A stretch of DNA of 64,000 nucleotides, taken from IMG/VR virus record IMGVR_UViG_2061766007_000502; one strand, 5' to 3'. Position 1 is the first letter of the stretch; each line of letters starts with the position of its first letter. Under the pieces are notes generated by a model. The model was not told the DNA's origin and ran no database searches. It saw only the letters and a list, made by a program, of their open reading frames with translations. A program made the translations under genes and the position numbers. Source of the DNA: an uncultured virus (IMG/VR IMGVR_UViG_2061766007_000502) (taxonomy: Duplodnaviria; Heunggongvirae; Uroviricota; Caudoviricetes). Positions 29,524 through 43,805 of the stretch are shown piece by piece.

Positions 29524-30492
29524 TTATCTTCCTGTTGTGAGCCATGTGTAGTTGTTTATCCATCCGTAATTCTTTGCTGTCACATATGCTCTGTAATAGT
29601 TGATTCTTAATTCACTCATTGTCTTACATGTTTTCGCTACATCAAGACATTTGTCTTCAGTCCATTGCTTCCGTTTCTTATCCAGCCAAGTGTATTGATC
29701 AATCCAATTGTAGTATTTGGCTATTGTGTATGCACGGTTGTATTTCTTTCTGAACTCTTCAGCAGTCTTGCATTTTTTGGCTATATCATAGCAAATCTCC
29801 TGAGACCATTTGTTTTCTGTTTTTATGAACCATGTGTAATTTTTTAGCCAGTCGTTGTTTTTGGATGCGACATATGCTCCGGGATATTTCTTTTCAAATG
29901 ATGTTGCTGTCTTACATTTCTTGGCTGCTTCATAGCAGTTTTCCTGAGTCCACTTGATTCTTTGTTCTGCTGCTATCTTACGACCGTTTTTAAACCATGT
30001 ATAGTCTTTGAGCCAACCGTTCTTTCTTGCTGTCGAGTATGCACCTTGATATTTCTTGCTGAATTCTGTCGCTGTCGTGCATTCTTTAGCGACTTTTCTG
30101 CATGATCTACGGGTCCATTTGATTCTGTTAGGGATAAACCATGTGTAATCCTCAAGCCATTTATTTTTTCGTGCAGCAACATATGCTCCGGGATATTTCT
30201 TCCAAAACTCAGAAGTTGACTCACATTCTCTTGCAGCATTGAGACAGTTCTCTTGTGTCCATTTCGCTCTTGTCTTTCCGGCTTTGATGCGACCATTGAT
30301 GAACCATTTGTAGTCTTTACACCACCCGTTCTTTTTTGCCGACTTATATGCTACTTGGTATTTTTCCAAAAATTCCGACAAAGAACTGCATTGCTTAGCT
30401 GCATTGTAGCAGTTATCATAGTCTTGCCAGAACCCGCGTTTTACATAGGTGCGTGGTTTCTCTACTGTTTTTATATTTTCTATATTAATCAT
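29524..30492 (-). CDS. Tandem-repeat protein (six ~50-aa KWT..C...AK.C....F.KKY..AY..A.KN.WL..YTW units)
   Basis: Repeats visible in translation; very basic; no nuclease motif seen; host-type -7 box at 30525-30532. Confidence 0.75.
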   Translation of the reverse strand: MINIENIKTVEKPRTYVKRGFWQDYDNCYNAAKQCSSLSEFLEKYQVAYKSAKKNGWCKDYKWFINGRIKAGKTRAKWTQENCLNAARECESTSEFWKKYPGAYVAARKNKWLEDYTWFIPNRIKWTRRSCRKVAKECTTATEFSKKYQGAYSTARKNGWLKDYTWFKNGRKIAAEQRIKWTQENCYEAAKKCKTATSFEKKYPGAYVASKNNDWLKNYTWFIKTENKWSQEICYDIAKKCKTAEEFRKKYNRAYTIAKYYNWIDQYTWLDKKRKQWTEDKCLDVAKTCKTMSELRINYYRAYVTAKNYGWINNYTWLTTGR

Positions 30493-30821
30493 AATGTTAT
30501 CTGTTTAAAATGAATATTCCATTGCAAAGATAATTATTTTTTTATAAAACACACAAATAAAATACTTATTTTATATTAAATGTGTTTATCTTTTAAGTAT
30601 TTTTAACATANNNNNNNNNNTTGATGTTTCGTATAAATGTATTAATTTTGCATTCCGAAACATAAATAATCCGAATTGTTATCCTGAATATAATCCCAAT
30701 ATAAAACCTGAAGACCGGCTCTATAGTGATATANNNNNNNNNNTAAAAATTTTCTTTCTTTATTTTGATAATCCAGTTTTTTGAAAATAAATAAATTAAA
30801 TTAATTTTTTGTTTTTTCCAG

Positions 30822-31145
30822 ATGAAAAATAAGTTGATTGATGTTTCGATAGTGACTATGATTGGCAATCTGCCTACCATACTCAACAGGAACAATAAAT
30901 ATGTCAGTGAAGAATTTGATACTATCCGTACAGAAGATAATAAGATGGTTCTTGATGTCAGCACAGCTAGTGTGACTGCCGGTACGGGAATCTTCAACAA
31001 TGTGAACGTCACTAACGTGAATGCAACACAGGGAAAGTTTACTGACATCAAAGTCGGTGATGTACCCGTCGGTAATAAAATACAGGAGCTGGAGAGAAGA
31101 ATCAGTGCTCTTGAAAGTGCGTTACGCACATTGTCTTCAAATTAA
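30822..31145 (+). CDS. Hypothetical protein (structural module)
   Basis: 107-aa ORF with C-terminal coiled coil. Confidence 0.6.
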   Translation: MKNKLIDVSIVTMIGNLPTILNRNNKYVSEEFDTIRTEDNKMVLDVSTASVTAGTGIFNNVNVTNVNATQGKFTDIKVGDVPVGNKIQELERRISALESALRTLSSN

Positions 31146-31158
31146 ATCTTTATAAGAA

Positions 31159-33417
31159 ATGGCAACAGGAAGTAATAAGACACCGCTGATTCGTCCGTTG
31201 AGAAAGAACGGAGCAACTTTATATGTCTTTCCATCTGCATCAGAGGATATAGGACTAAACATAAACAGCAATTCAAACGGAGTTGCTCTCTCACATTATG
31301 CATTGCTGAATTTCACTAAGAAGAATTTCAAGTTTTCCGATGTCAAGGCACTTGCAAAAGACTTACAGAACTATGCAATGAACTTTGAGACTGCTCTTAT
31401 CAATGAACCTACATATAATTATCAGGAAACGAGAACTGTTACGGAAGGTGTGTTCTGGCACTGGATTATGAAGAACCAGTATAACACGGCAGATAAATTC
31501 TCGATGAATGAAATATCTGGAATTGACAATGTATATAGAGAGAGTAAGTTCAGACCGACAGACCAGAACAGGCTTGTGCAGTGTTTCGGTGCGATTGATG
31601 CAGGAAATTCACTATCTACTGAGTTCGGTATGTTCAATGAGACTTATGTGAATATCCCGACAAGTTACGGTAACGGTCCTGTATTCTTCAGGAGAATCGG
31701 TGACAATCAGAACTTGAGAGCAGGTGTTTCATATCCGACGACTCAATCAAGCGACTCATTTATTCAGAACAGAAATAATACGGACAAGGGTTATCTCGGA
31801 AGCATAAATGCCGTTTATGATGATAATTCTCTAAAGTGTTATAAATCAGATGATGGATATTATGAGATTGTAAAAGACATCCCTACTATCAAGAATGCTA
31901 TTGACACAGTCGGCGGTGCCGGTTACGATGTCAATATAACTTCATTCGACTCAATCAATATAGATCATGACAGACAGTTTGCCGGCACAGTGTACGACTT
32001 TACTGCAAATAACCTGAAATGTGAGTTCAACTTCAATGCAATCCTGCTGTATTATTCTATCTATGATATGAATGATATGTATAAGCAGCCGATTGCTACT
32101 AATATGTTCGGTATCGTATTCCTTGACGGCGGAGGCGAGGCAGTCGCAGTCGATAACTACATAATGAATCCGTATAAGAAAAAGAAGTCATACAGTTCTG
32201 AGAGTACCAATGACAATTCTTATTTCGGAAACAGTTTCTCATTCAGGATTAATATCAAGACACTTTCTGTATATGATAATACAGATGCTAAGATAGATGA
32301 TAATACCACAATGACAAGTGCATATGCACAGGATTTCAATGATGTTGTTGCTAATCTCAACAGAGCAATAGACGTCATGAACACTAATGTGCATACCACC
32401 ATGGCTATACAGGATAAGTACATTGAAATACGTCAGTACTATATAGAGCAGAAAGAGAAATATGAATTGCTGAAGAAAGAGATTGAATAGTATAATAAGG
32501 AGTTATTTGACAATTCATACAAAGAACTTGAACAGAGTATTGATGAGAAGTTTATTAGCATCCAGCAATATATTGACGAAAAACTGAATATTCCTACGAC
32601 TGATGACGGAACATACAGTTCAGACGGAAATGAATACCTCGGCGCTTCAAACAGAACTATTTCAAGAGTTCCATATGGCATAGAGCAGTCATATGATGCT
32701 AATACGGAGCCGAATAGCAGTGTTATTATGGGTGCATTACACGGAACTGCTGATGAATATAATGATTCATCGGATTCTCTGATAGGAATGAGAGTTACAT
32801 TGAGTTCCGGCACTTCTGTGGATATTAATGCTAATAATGACATTAACATCAACGGCAGTAACGTGAAGTTCAATCTCAGAGATGAAGACAGTACGGTTTC
32901 CACTGTCAGTGTTATTGAGATTATCGAGAAAATGGTTTCTCTTCAGAATGAGATTGATGCACTGAAAAGCGGTACTCAGCCGGCTATGAGAAGCATGTCG
33001 AAATCAGGATTACAGGTTGAAGACACAGGTCTTACTTTCTCAGATGACGAGTATGACGAGTCTAAGTTTACTGTTTCCGACAATACAGCAGAGACACAAG
33101 ACAATACTCCAGATGAGCCTAAGAATGATATAAATTCAGATTATATTCAGAACTTGTTTGTTTCTGTCGGTATAATCCTTATAAAAGGCATTCTTGCTCC
33201 AAGGGCGAAGAAACCGGAAGAAGCAGGATATTACCTGAAGCAGAATACAGCAGGCAATATACAGAACTATGTATTCTTCAATGGCAATGATTATACAGAT
33301 ACAATGAAGTGTGAATCAGGAAAGATGTATTCAGTGAACGGACTGATATATGCTTTCAATGGTGAGACATGTGAACTATTAGGTTCCCAAAAATTAACAT
33401 AGAGCAGTAATGAGTAA
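31159..33417 (+). CDS. Putative virion structural protein (TAG readthrough)
   Basis: 31159..32490 and 32728..33402 are in frame and separated only by TAG; true stop TAA at 33415. Confidence 0.7.
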
Positions 33418-36400
33418 CAATATTAACAGCTTTTCTCAGAATATGAACAAGACAGTGGCATCACAGGCAAATACGCTTGCGATGCTTACTGCTATGCAGA
33501 AGTCAATGACAAGCAACGACACGTTTGTTGCATATGACTATGAGGACAGTGAAGGCAATATCATCAAATATCAGCTTCCAAGTTATGATTCAATCGTGAA
33601 CAGGCTTAGAGCTTTGGAAGAGTCAGTTAATTCTCTTAACAACGGTAAGGGAACCATAAATCTTGATGATGGTTCAAGACGTACTATCAGTCTGTCTTCT
33701 ATTCCCCATACTCCGGCTCAGATTGTAGGTATCGACAATCCTTCGACATTCACGGTTGATTCCAATTGGTTCTTTGAAGACTTGATGTTCCCTGGTGCCA
33801 CTGTGAATATCAACCTGACCGGACAGATTGAAGACACGGCAGACAGAGTCAGGGTTTCAAGAATAATTCTTAATTCTGAGAATGACGATGCACGTACATT
33901 ATGGAATGATGATTTGTCAATCAACAACTATGACTATGTATCATTGAAAGCAGTACTTGATGCTAACGGAGTTGCATATTATGAAGATGAAGAGACCATA
34001 GACATGCCTTTGGTTTCTAACAGAGTCAGCGGTACGTTTCAGGTGACAGAAGATCCTGCTTTGATTGATGATAATATCTGGTACACTCTTGATAACATCA
34101 CTTATTCTACTATTTCGGAGAACGGTGTCGATCAGGGACAGAATAACATTCTCTCTATCGGTGATTAGTTGTCATATCAGGATTCAATATTCGAGATTAT
34201 CGCTATAAACCAGAATGACTTCAAGATTCGTCTCAAACGAGTAAGCGGTGTTCAGGAAATAGGTGTATATTCAATGTTAAACTATTATGAGGATCCGTTC
34301 AGAAGCAAGGTTGTCCGTGTACGTTTCGGTGCTAATGAATATAATATAATCTACATTAAGGCTGTTGCAGAAGCATATAATCTGTTGGGAGATCAGTGGT
34401 CAACGCCGATTAAGTTCTTCTCAAACGACTTGATTCTTGCCGGTTCTGAAGGTCTTCAGGAAATGAACTATTTCAAGTTTTACAATCAGTATGTGAAAGA
34501 CTTCGGACGTGAGTTCATCAATCAGATTTACGAGAACAACAAGAGTGCATGGACAGGTCAGATACCTAATGCTCCAACACTCAACGGTGATGATTTCCGT
34601 GTAGTTCAGATTAATACTCAGATTAATGCCGCTATCGATACTACTGATGTAAAGAATACTGCTGCTGAGATAGAGAGTGTGAAATCACAGATTTCATCAC
34701 TCAAGAGCACCATTGCCGCTCAGAAGACAGATTTGCAGTCTGCCGCAAACTTATATACATATAATTCAATACAGCAGCAGATCACAACTAATACTACAGA
34801 TCTTAATAATCTTCAGACTACTTATTCTACACTTGTAGAGAGTTTCCAGACTATTGTTCGTGAGAACAGTGCTATAACTACTGCTCCTAAGTATCACATT
34901 CGCGGATTCTTCCCTATTCCTGAGTATAAGTACAGAGACGAAGAAGGTCTTGTCGAAGAATAGATTATCGGTTTTGAAATCGGTTACAGGTATATCAGAG
35001 AAGATGAGACTGCGACACAGCTCAATACGTTCACATATACTGACAATGATGGTGTTACAGAAATCACCGGTACCTTTACAGACTGGATTATAGAACGCGG
35101 TCCGATGAAAACTAAAGTCAGAAATGAAGACTACGGCTATGTATGGCGCAGTGAGAATGTAGCAGATGGCACAGAGACTAACATCAACCAGATTGACATT
35201 CCTATCAACAAGGGTGAGAAAGTTGAAATCAAAGTCCGTTCTATCAGTGAAGCCGGCTATCCGGGAAATCCACTTATGTCTGAGTGGTCTAATTCAGTCA
35301 TCATAGAGTTCCCAAGCACTCTTGCCACGGGTAATGAGATTGCAGACTTGATTACTATGGTCAATGATGATGCATTGAACATCACAATCAACAATACATT
35401 ACAGTCTCTTGGTGTTGTTACTCACTTAGATGATACTACTCCTAATACTAATTCTGTTAACGGAATGTACTTCAAGCATATGGCAGAGAATATTGCATTT
35501 GAAGAGAACGGAGTTACAGATGAAGGTATATCAGTTGTTAATTCAATAAGTCTTCAGAAAAAACTTGAAGATATGAACAACTCAGTCAACAGTCATGAAA
35601 GTGAGATTACCCGCAATACTAACGAGATTGCTTCTATTCAGACTGAGATGAAAGAAAAGCACAGTCAGTATGAAGTTAGTATTAATGATTTGAATACTGG
35701 ATAGAATGTTGCTAATACAAGTATTCATCAGATTAGCAATAAATTCAATACTTTCTTTGATTCTGATAAAGGTGAGTTGTTCACTACAAAGTTGAGATTG
35801 AGAAACCAGAACGGCACTAATGCAATATCATTGACGTCTTTGAATCAGGATGAGTTGTTTGTAGTGAATGGTCGCAGCGGTCTTGACTCGTCTTTGAGTA
35901 CTGTACATGTCTATGATGTGTATATACATCCTAACTCAATGACTACTTCAGAACAGGTTTCACTTATGGGAACTATAAATGAACTGAAGGCTAAGGATGC
36001 TAATATTGACAACGACATAAATGATTTGGCGTCAAATGTCAGTCAGAGAGCATTGAGTATTGATTTGAATGATGTCAGTTCACGTCTTTATAATGCAAGT
36101 ACTGCATTTGATGAGGATAGCAACCTGTTACATAGAATTTCAGGTACTGATGGTAATGCTACGTATGTAGAAGCCGGAGATTTGTATGTCGGTAACGGAC
36201 GTGCTACTACATTGAGTTCTGCCGCTAATGGTGAGTTGCAGGTAAAGAGCAGTAATTCACAGTATGGTACTGTTCATGCAAAAGACTTTATGCTCTATAC
36301 CGCAGGAACTACCGGAAGCACTTCTAAATCACTGTCTGTTATAAATAATGATCTGGTTGAAGCACAGAATGATATAAACCGTCTTGAGACTAATTTCAAT

Positions 36401-37408
36401 ACACTCAACGGAGAAGTACATGCAGTGATTGCAGGTAATGATATCAATTGTGTTAATTTGTACGGAACTGATGGTGAGTTTAATACCATGACAGCAGACA
36501 AGTATAAGACAAAGGGTACTGTATTTGCTCCTGAACTTGCTAACGGCGGCGGTTATTGTGAAGCAGTGTTTGATACACTGACGCTTAACCTTCAAACACG
36601 CGGTAAGACAGATATCGGTATTCTGATTGAAAGCCAGTATGAGGAGTTGGTAGAGGAGATAAGAGAAATTGATTCCAAGTTCGATTCAAAACTCTCAGAC
36701 GATGCGTATCTTACTGTCGGAGTGCTTGGCGTTAACGAGATGAGGTCTCCGAAGATTGTAATCGGCACTAATAAATATTCTGCTACTGAGTATGTGGGTG
36801 CACATGCAGAGTTGGCATTCTCTAATATTGGTAATGTACAAGCACTTACCTGTAATAATACTCCAATATTTGCTGAAGATTTCATGGTATAGGATGAGGA
36901 TTCAGGTCAGTTATATAGTATGAAGAGTAATATCTTAGATATAAACAATACTCTCGGCTTCATACATAAAGAAGAAGTAGCAACTCATAAGTATAACTAT
37001 ATTATCGGTGAAGTATTAGATGAACATGGTGAATATATTACTTCAGACAACAATAAGGTAGTAATCAAGAATGCATCAATAATTGATAGTGATGCTACAT
37101 TTAATACAATCAAGATACCGGAAGGAACTTCAGGATTGTCATTTATCAATGATGCTGGTGTACCAACGGCTAGTATCAGTAAAGGTCGTACCGGTAAGTT
37201 GACAATTGAAGGTGACGTTAATATCATCAATGGTAAGTTGTTTATTGATAGTAGCACTATGCATATTGACAATTTCTCTTCAAATAGGATTAAGATATCC
37301 AGTTATAATCTAATGGATATGCTACAAAACATTCAAAGTAAAATTAATCAAATAATAGCTGCCGGTAAAAGCGGAAGCANNNNNNNNNNNNNNNNNNNNA
37401 TATATTAA
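33410..37408 (+). CDS. Large putative structural protein (~1330 aa, TAG readthrough)
   Basis: Five same-frame track ORFs, the first four ending in TAG; coiled-coil segments; short N run near the 3' end. Confidence 0.7.
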
Positions 37409-37532
37409 TATGAACATGATAAAAAGAGGGATAGAGATATCTCTCTTTTTATTTTTTCTTTCCGGAACGTGCATTTTTTTAATTTTAAAAATAAATACAT
37501 TAAAGTATTATTTTGGTAATTACAACTATCAG

Positions 37533-40500
37533 ATGAGTCAGTATATATGCACAATAACTCCGGAGCACAGCACAGTAGTCCTTGACTTGAAGAAATTATT
37601 TGGTATAACAGAAGAAACAACTGTGAGTGTTACTGGAAACAATGAATCAGATTATTCAGAACCGTTCAATGAATTTCTGGAGAACAACCTCTTTGTGAAT
37701 AGTGTGAACTATGCCAAATTGGGTTCTTCAATCAAATTGAGTGTCAGTCCGTACATTATGACACTCCGTATCAATCCGGAAAGCAAGTTCATTGATGGCA
37801 GTTTTATCGTGTCTGTCGGTGATGACAAGATTATCGCATATGTTTCCAAGGGTGATGCATAGAAAATACAGACTGCTGATTTTGAAGCAAATCCGATATG
37901 TTCAAAACTGAACACATGTATGCTTGTGCGTACTAACCCCAAGTTGTCCGGAAACATAAAGATTGTCATCGACTCATCATATCATCTTTATCTGGATACA
38001 TTCAAAGTGTCTAACAGACTCAATGAGCGTGTGTTCAGAAAGTATCCAATATCATCAGACGGAAACTATCCGAGAGACGTGATGACTGTTTTCGGCAAGT
38101 TGCCGAAGAGTGAGTTGTTCAAATTGCCGGCTGATTCTCTTAATTCACATAAGTATCATTCTGACTACAACAATCAGTACATAACCAAGTATGAGTATGG
38201 TGCAGAGACTAATATGGATAATCTGTATCCTGAGAATATGAAGATTCTCGCACCTATTCATATCGGCAAGTCTATACCTGAGTTCTTTTGTATATTCAGG
38301 TACAATGGAGTGTATAATGAGGAATCGTACAAAGCACAGACTTTTGATGATATGGCTAAGTTCACTGATATGCTCAAGTCATCTGAAGTGGTCAAGATTT
38401 TCGATCTCAGGACATATACATCAATAGGCAATTATCTCAACAACTACAAAGATTTGATATATGACTATCTTTATGGTTCTGTATATCTTCAGTTCATTGA
38501 ACAGGATAATGAGAAGTATGATTCTAATTACAGACAGGGTAACAACTCATGGAGAGGCATTGATGTCGGCAAGGGCATAATAACCAATAAGGTGGAGACA
38601 TCTTATTTCGGTGCAAATATTCTCGATTCCGGTTCTGATAATGTTCAGGAAGCATATAACAATTATATCATCAACGGATATGAGAGAAACAATGTGCTTT
38701 ATCCGTATATACTGAATCTTGAGTTTATGTTCAATGACGAATCATCTACTGCAGAAAACTTTTCAATGCACAGGTATTTCGGCTTGTATCTATCAGCAAA
38801 CGAGTTCATTAAGTATAAATGTATTATAGAGGATGAAACAGGTAAAGCAGTTAAACTTGATGAGAATGACAATGTAGTAAATGACGATGATATTCTGAAA
38901 AATATATTCAAGTCTCAGTTTAGTGACAGGATTTTCTTCATGACTACCAACAATGATGCAATGAGAGTCCATAAGAACGACGATGTCCATAATTTCATTA
39001 CAACATATGTCAAGAACAACCCTGATATAAATCTATGTAATGTAGACTGTTCTGAGGTGGTATGGAATGAAAAGACTTATTCTGAGGGTTTGTATGTCAG
39101 TAACAAGAACAAAGATGTTACTGTCGATGTAGTCAAGAATTCGTTTTTGTCATTCTATACAGAAAGACCTATACATTACGGAGAGCATTTGAGATTCGTA
39201 AAACTCAATGTCACTAACAAGGATACTGATGCTCTTGAGCATATTTGTCTTGAACTCGTTGCATCCAATGACGACAGGCTTGCCGCTATGGATGATTTCA
39301 TATCTCCGTACATATCAACGAATGTAATAAAGAGTACCAATGGCGACACTAATATTTACAGGATGAGTTTTTATACTCAGAGCATAGATGATAATACTCA
39401 GTTTGCCACTATTGAAGAACAGTTCAAGAGAATCAATGCTTGTCTGTACAGGATGAACTCGTTCATTATCCCTGAATCATTCAACGCAAATGCGATATCA
39501 TTTACAAGCATCTATGCCAATGATGTGTATTTCCAGCATATCGCGTCAGTGAATGAATATGACGAGCCTGAGTATCTTGAGATGTTTATGAAGACAGAGT
39601 CAGATAAAACAACTATATATTATACTGATTCAGTTAAATATGATGAACTTGGTGATTCATACATAAAAGACATACAAGAGAAGATAGAAAATGTCCGTAA
39701 TGACTTCAAGGGTCCTAAGATAACCCTTGAGAGAATCCAGAAGACAGAAGATGATATTCTGCATACATATAAACTCGGTCAGATTGATAACAATACAGTC
39801 ACTACTTATGTTGACTATAAGAATCCCGTGAATCATAGAGTTGACAATTTCCTTTATTTCAACAGAGAGCATAAGACGAATATGTACCCTTTGAATCCGG
39901 ATATTTACACGGCAGACGACAAGTATGTTGCATTCGGACTGTTCGGATATGAGTCGCTCGGCTGGAGATTCAATGCTATTGTCCCGTTCAAGAAGATGTC
40001 TGATTTCAGTTTTCCTTATGTTGTATATAATAATATGGATGACATTCTCAGAACAGTTAAGCATCCTCTTGTAAGACAACAGAACGGACACTATGAGACT
40101 GTAAAGAAGATTAACATACAGACAGGCTTTGTTACGGATAATATCATAAACGCAATAGGCATTGATGTGCCGAATGACATAAAGACTGTTGTGATGAATG
40201 ATAATGGTTACAATACTATCATACATCCATACAATGTAAACGGCTATCTGGTTGATTTCAGGGAGAGACCGGCTATGAGCAATCATCAGATGAGTTTGTA
40301 TGTACCTGAGTCTGCTGCTATCAGCATTATGGGAATATACGGAATCAAGGACTTGGATGTCAGTGTTGATAATGATGTTGCTAAGAAGATTGAGTCTGTG
40401 AATACAATCACTATTCCTGCCGGTGATATAATCAACATAGGAATGCTTGGTGAGAATAGAATACAGGAAGGCACGTTATACAGAGTGGAAAACGGTTCAT

Positions 40501-42755
40501 TCAACGAACTTAATCTTTGGACTTTCTGTCTTATGGGGAAGACATTGTATTACAAAGATAACAAAAATGCTTCTTCTACCACTTCGGTGAATGATTTCGG
40601 CGGAACTTTGACTGCTACTACCGATGTCGTACTGTGTGCTTTAGACAGTAACGTGTCACAGGAATATTCATTTGATGATGAAAGTGCAGTATAGCATATA
40701 GAACATTTCTTTAAGGTTGCCGACAAGCAGGGTGCTGTGAATGATATGTATATACCTGCTGTGCCTCTGTTGAACTGTGCATGGATTTCCAATGGAATAT
40801 ATTTTGACTGGAACAGTGATCTCAATGTGGATAATGTGAATTCAGGCAAGTATGTGACAAAGGGTTATCTGACTGAGCATCAGAATACTCCGGTCTCATC
40901 ATTCTCACCGAACAGATTCAACAAGAACAGTATTTCATCATATGCTTTGTATGATAATACAGTCAGCAAGTTCAAGGATATTATCACAGACAGAAGTATC
41001 AGCAACCCTATCAGGAAGATGTTGATACAGAATTTCAATATTGATACTGCGATAGGATATTATAATTCATATGTACAGACCATTGAGTTCATATACTACG
41101 GAATCAAGTTCATTATGAAGTTCAATGCAGAGTATTACTCACAGACTATTCATATGAATGAGTTCAATAACTTCGAGGTTTATATCATCAATGAGTATGA
41201 TCCGCTTTCAATGAATGAGATGTATATTTCATCTGATGAGCAGATTATCTTATTGGTAAACCATAAATATGACATATCCGGGGGAATGAAAAAGGTATCG
41301 GGTGTCCTAAACGCTGATAGTGAATTCGGCAATAACGTCGGTTACAGTGTATATCCTGCACCTTATAGCATTTATCCGGACAGCATAACAAGTGCCGGTT
41401 CAGCAAATCCTGGTGTAGTTCTCTGCCAAAAGACTACAAAAGATAAGATAGAGTATGATAGTTCAGATGCAGTATATTTTGTTCAGGATAGTAATCCGAA
41501 GAAGAATTATGTACAGTCAATGACACAACCGGAATGTATATATTTTGAGTACTATAATAAGGATAATGAAGAACATAAGGCGATAGTCCATGAAAACGGA
41601 ACTATGCTATTTGAAGATGTTCCTGAGAAATTTGCCGTATTGAGTGGTTCACAGGATAATTTTGAAATGGGTTCATTTAGGCTGGATACAGAGAATGCAT
41701 TTGAATATACTGCATCATTGTACAGGAAGCAGAATCCGTTTATTGTCAGGGAATATACATCGGAAGGCAGTACTGAGAGTGCCGTGAAGATAACATCTTT
41801 GAGTGAATACATAAAATCATTTAGTAATGATTTTATCTGTAACATCATTTCCAATGGTGCAACGCAAACAATAATCAATACAGGAACATATACTCCGATT
41901 ACAATGACTTTGAGTGTACCTAACAAGATTAAGTATAATGCCGGATATTTCATTCCGAAAATGTATGATATTATGGAATTCAGCACTAATGACTTTGAAG
42001 TCGGTAATACAATAGGAATGTCCATGCTTCTCGCTAACACGTCAGTCAAGAAGATAAACAAGTTGAAGTCATATACAGGAAACAAGATATTTTCTCAGAA
42101 TAAGACTGTTGAAAGAAATTTCTTCCACATTTCAGAACGTTCACTATTCTCTTCTAATTGGGATAAGAACTATTACAGGCATTATAAAGGTGATGGTGAA
42201 TATGACTATGAGTATATCAACGGTTATCTGCCCGGTATTGAAGACAAGTCGTTCTTCGGTTCAAAGTGCTTTGTATTCAAAGATGATTTCATTATGCTTG
42301 ATGATTTCACCAACACTGTGTCAAGCAACGGTTCCAAGATTGTAGACAGCAAGTTCAATGTGTACCACAAGAACCGCAAGCAGTGTCAGCTCACTATAAA
42401 CGTGACTCAGGGTATCAAGACTCTGCTACAGAATGATGAGACATTCAAGAAAAACTGGAACGGCCTTGAGACATTCGATATCATTACGTCTATGGATAAC
42501 TATATATACAACATAGTTATGAACATCTTCAATACACAGAGAGATGCTGAAGTTCATCTATATACACAGAAGTCAGATACTGTCGGTGAAATCGTATTCA
42601 GTTCAGTCAGTGAGGAAGACCTTAGCCAATGGGAAGAAATGGATGATTTCAAGACACAGTTTGCTATACAGAATAATGATATGATACTTACTATAACATT
42701 CAATATGGATGAGTCAGTGAATATTCATCCGACAGTCAAAATTTTCAGGTCATAA
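37533..42755 (+). CDS. Large putative structural protein (~1740 aa, TAG readthrough)
   Basis: Three same-frame ORFs joined at TAG 37860 and 40692; ends TAA. Confidence 0.7.
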
Positions 42756-42757
42756 AA

Positions 42758-43789
42758 ATGTCACAGAATATTTCTATCAAATACAACAACTATGACTATG
42801 CTCCGGGCATAGCGACATACGGAATAGACGGAAAAGCAGGACGTTCCGGTCAAAACGGCACATCTGTGTTTGTCTGTCAGGAAGATATAACCACGGCTGA
42901 AGGATTGCAGAAGTTCGGTCAGAATATCAGACAGAATGTTAATATGTCATCCAATGACAACAGCGTGATTTCACGTCCGTACATAAACGGCGACTGTTTC
43001 CTGTTTCCTAACTGTGACATATATAAGATTACAGATATTGATGGTCTGAAGACTGCATCTATACAGAATCAGTTGGGTGCAGAAGGTAGTTACACCGACA
43101 GATATATGGAGAAAGTCGGAGCAGTGAACATCAGCCAGACTACTACTGGTTTCAGCAGTTCACAGAACAGATTGGTGCTTGATACTGCTAATTATGATGG
43201 TTTCATAATCAACTCAGCCGGAATGTCAGATGATGACTTGAGCGGCATAAACTCCCCGTTCACTATTATTTCCAATGACGTTGATAGTGATGGTCAGATT
43301 CACTTTATCAATATCAAGAGCATATATTCCGGAATCGATAATTCAGAGATGAACATATACTATGACTCTGATAATGATGCATATCATATTGATTCCAATA
43401 AGTCTATAGTCATTAATGCTGATTTGAAAGTATCTGAGAATCAGTCTGAAGACTTTGATGAGTTTTCATCAGTACTGATAAAAGATAACGGCATTACGAA
43501 CTGGCACGGTATATGTGACAATATCACATGGTATACTAATATCACGGGAAATAACATTGATTTCATGTTTATTAATGACAATAATGAATCATTTGCGAAT
43601 GCTATGCTTCATATAGTCGGGATTCTGAACAATGAAGTGAAGATTGAGAGATATGTGCAGTTGTCGGAAGATATCATATTGAGTGAGGATAATCCGATAA
43701 CAGTGACAGCCGACGTCGAGCATCCGGAAGATATTGTATGGAAATTGTCAATAATCGGTCCGGTTGAAGTATATCTTACAAACTATTAA
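42758..43789 (+). CDS. Putative structural protein
   Basis: 343 aa; short collagen-like GIDGKAGRSGQNG near the N-terminus. Confidence 0.65.
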   Translation: MSQNISIKYNNYDYAPGIATYGIDGKAGRSGQNGTSVFVCQEDITTAEGLQKFGQNIRQNVNMSSNDNSVISRPYINGDCFLFPNCDIYKITDIDGLKTASIQNQLGAEGSYTDRYMEKVGAVNISQTTTGFSSSQNRLVLDTANYDGFIINSAGMSDDDLSGINSPFTIISNDVDSDGQIHFINIKSIYSGIDNSEMNIYYDSDNDAYHIDSNKSIVINADLKVSENQSEDFDEFSSVLIKDNGITNWHGICDNITWYTNITGNNIDFMFINDNNESFANAMLHIVGILNNEVKIERYVQLSEDIILSEDNPITVTADVEHPEDIVWKLSIIGPVEVYLTNY

Positions 43790-43805
43790 TTTATTTTTTT
43801 GCATT

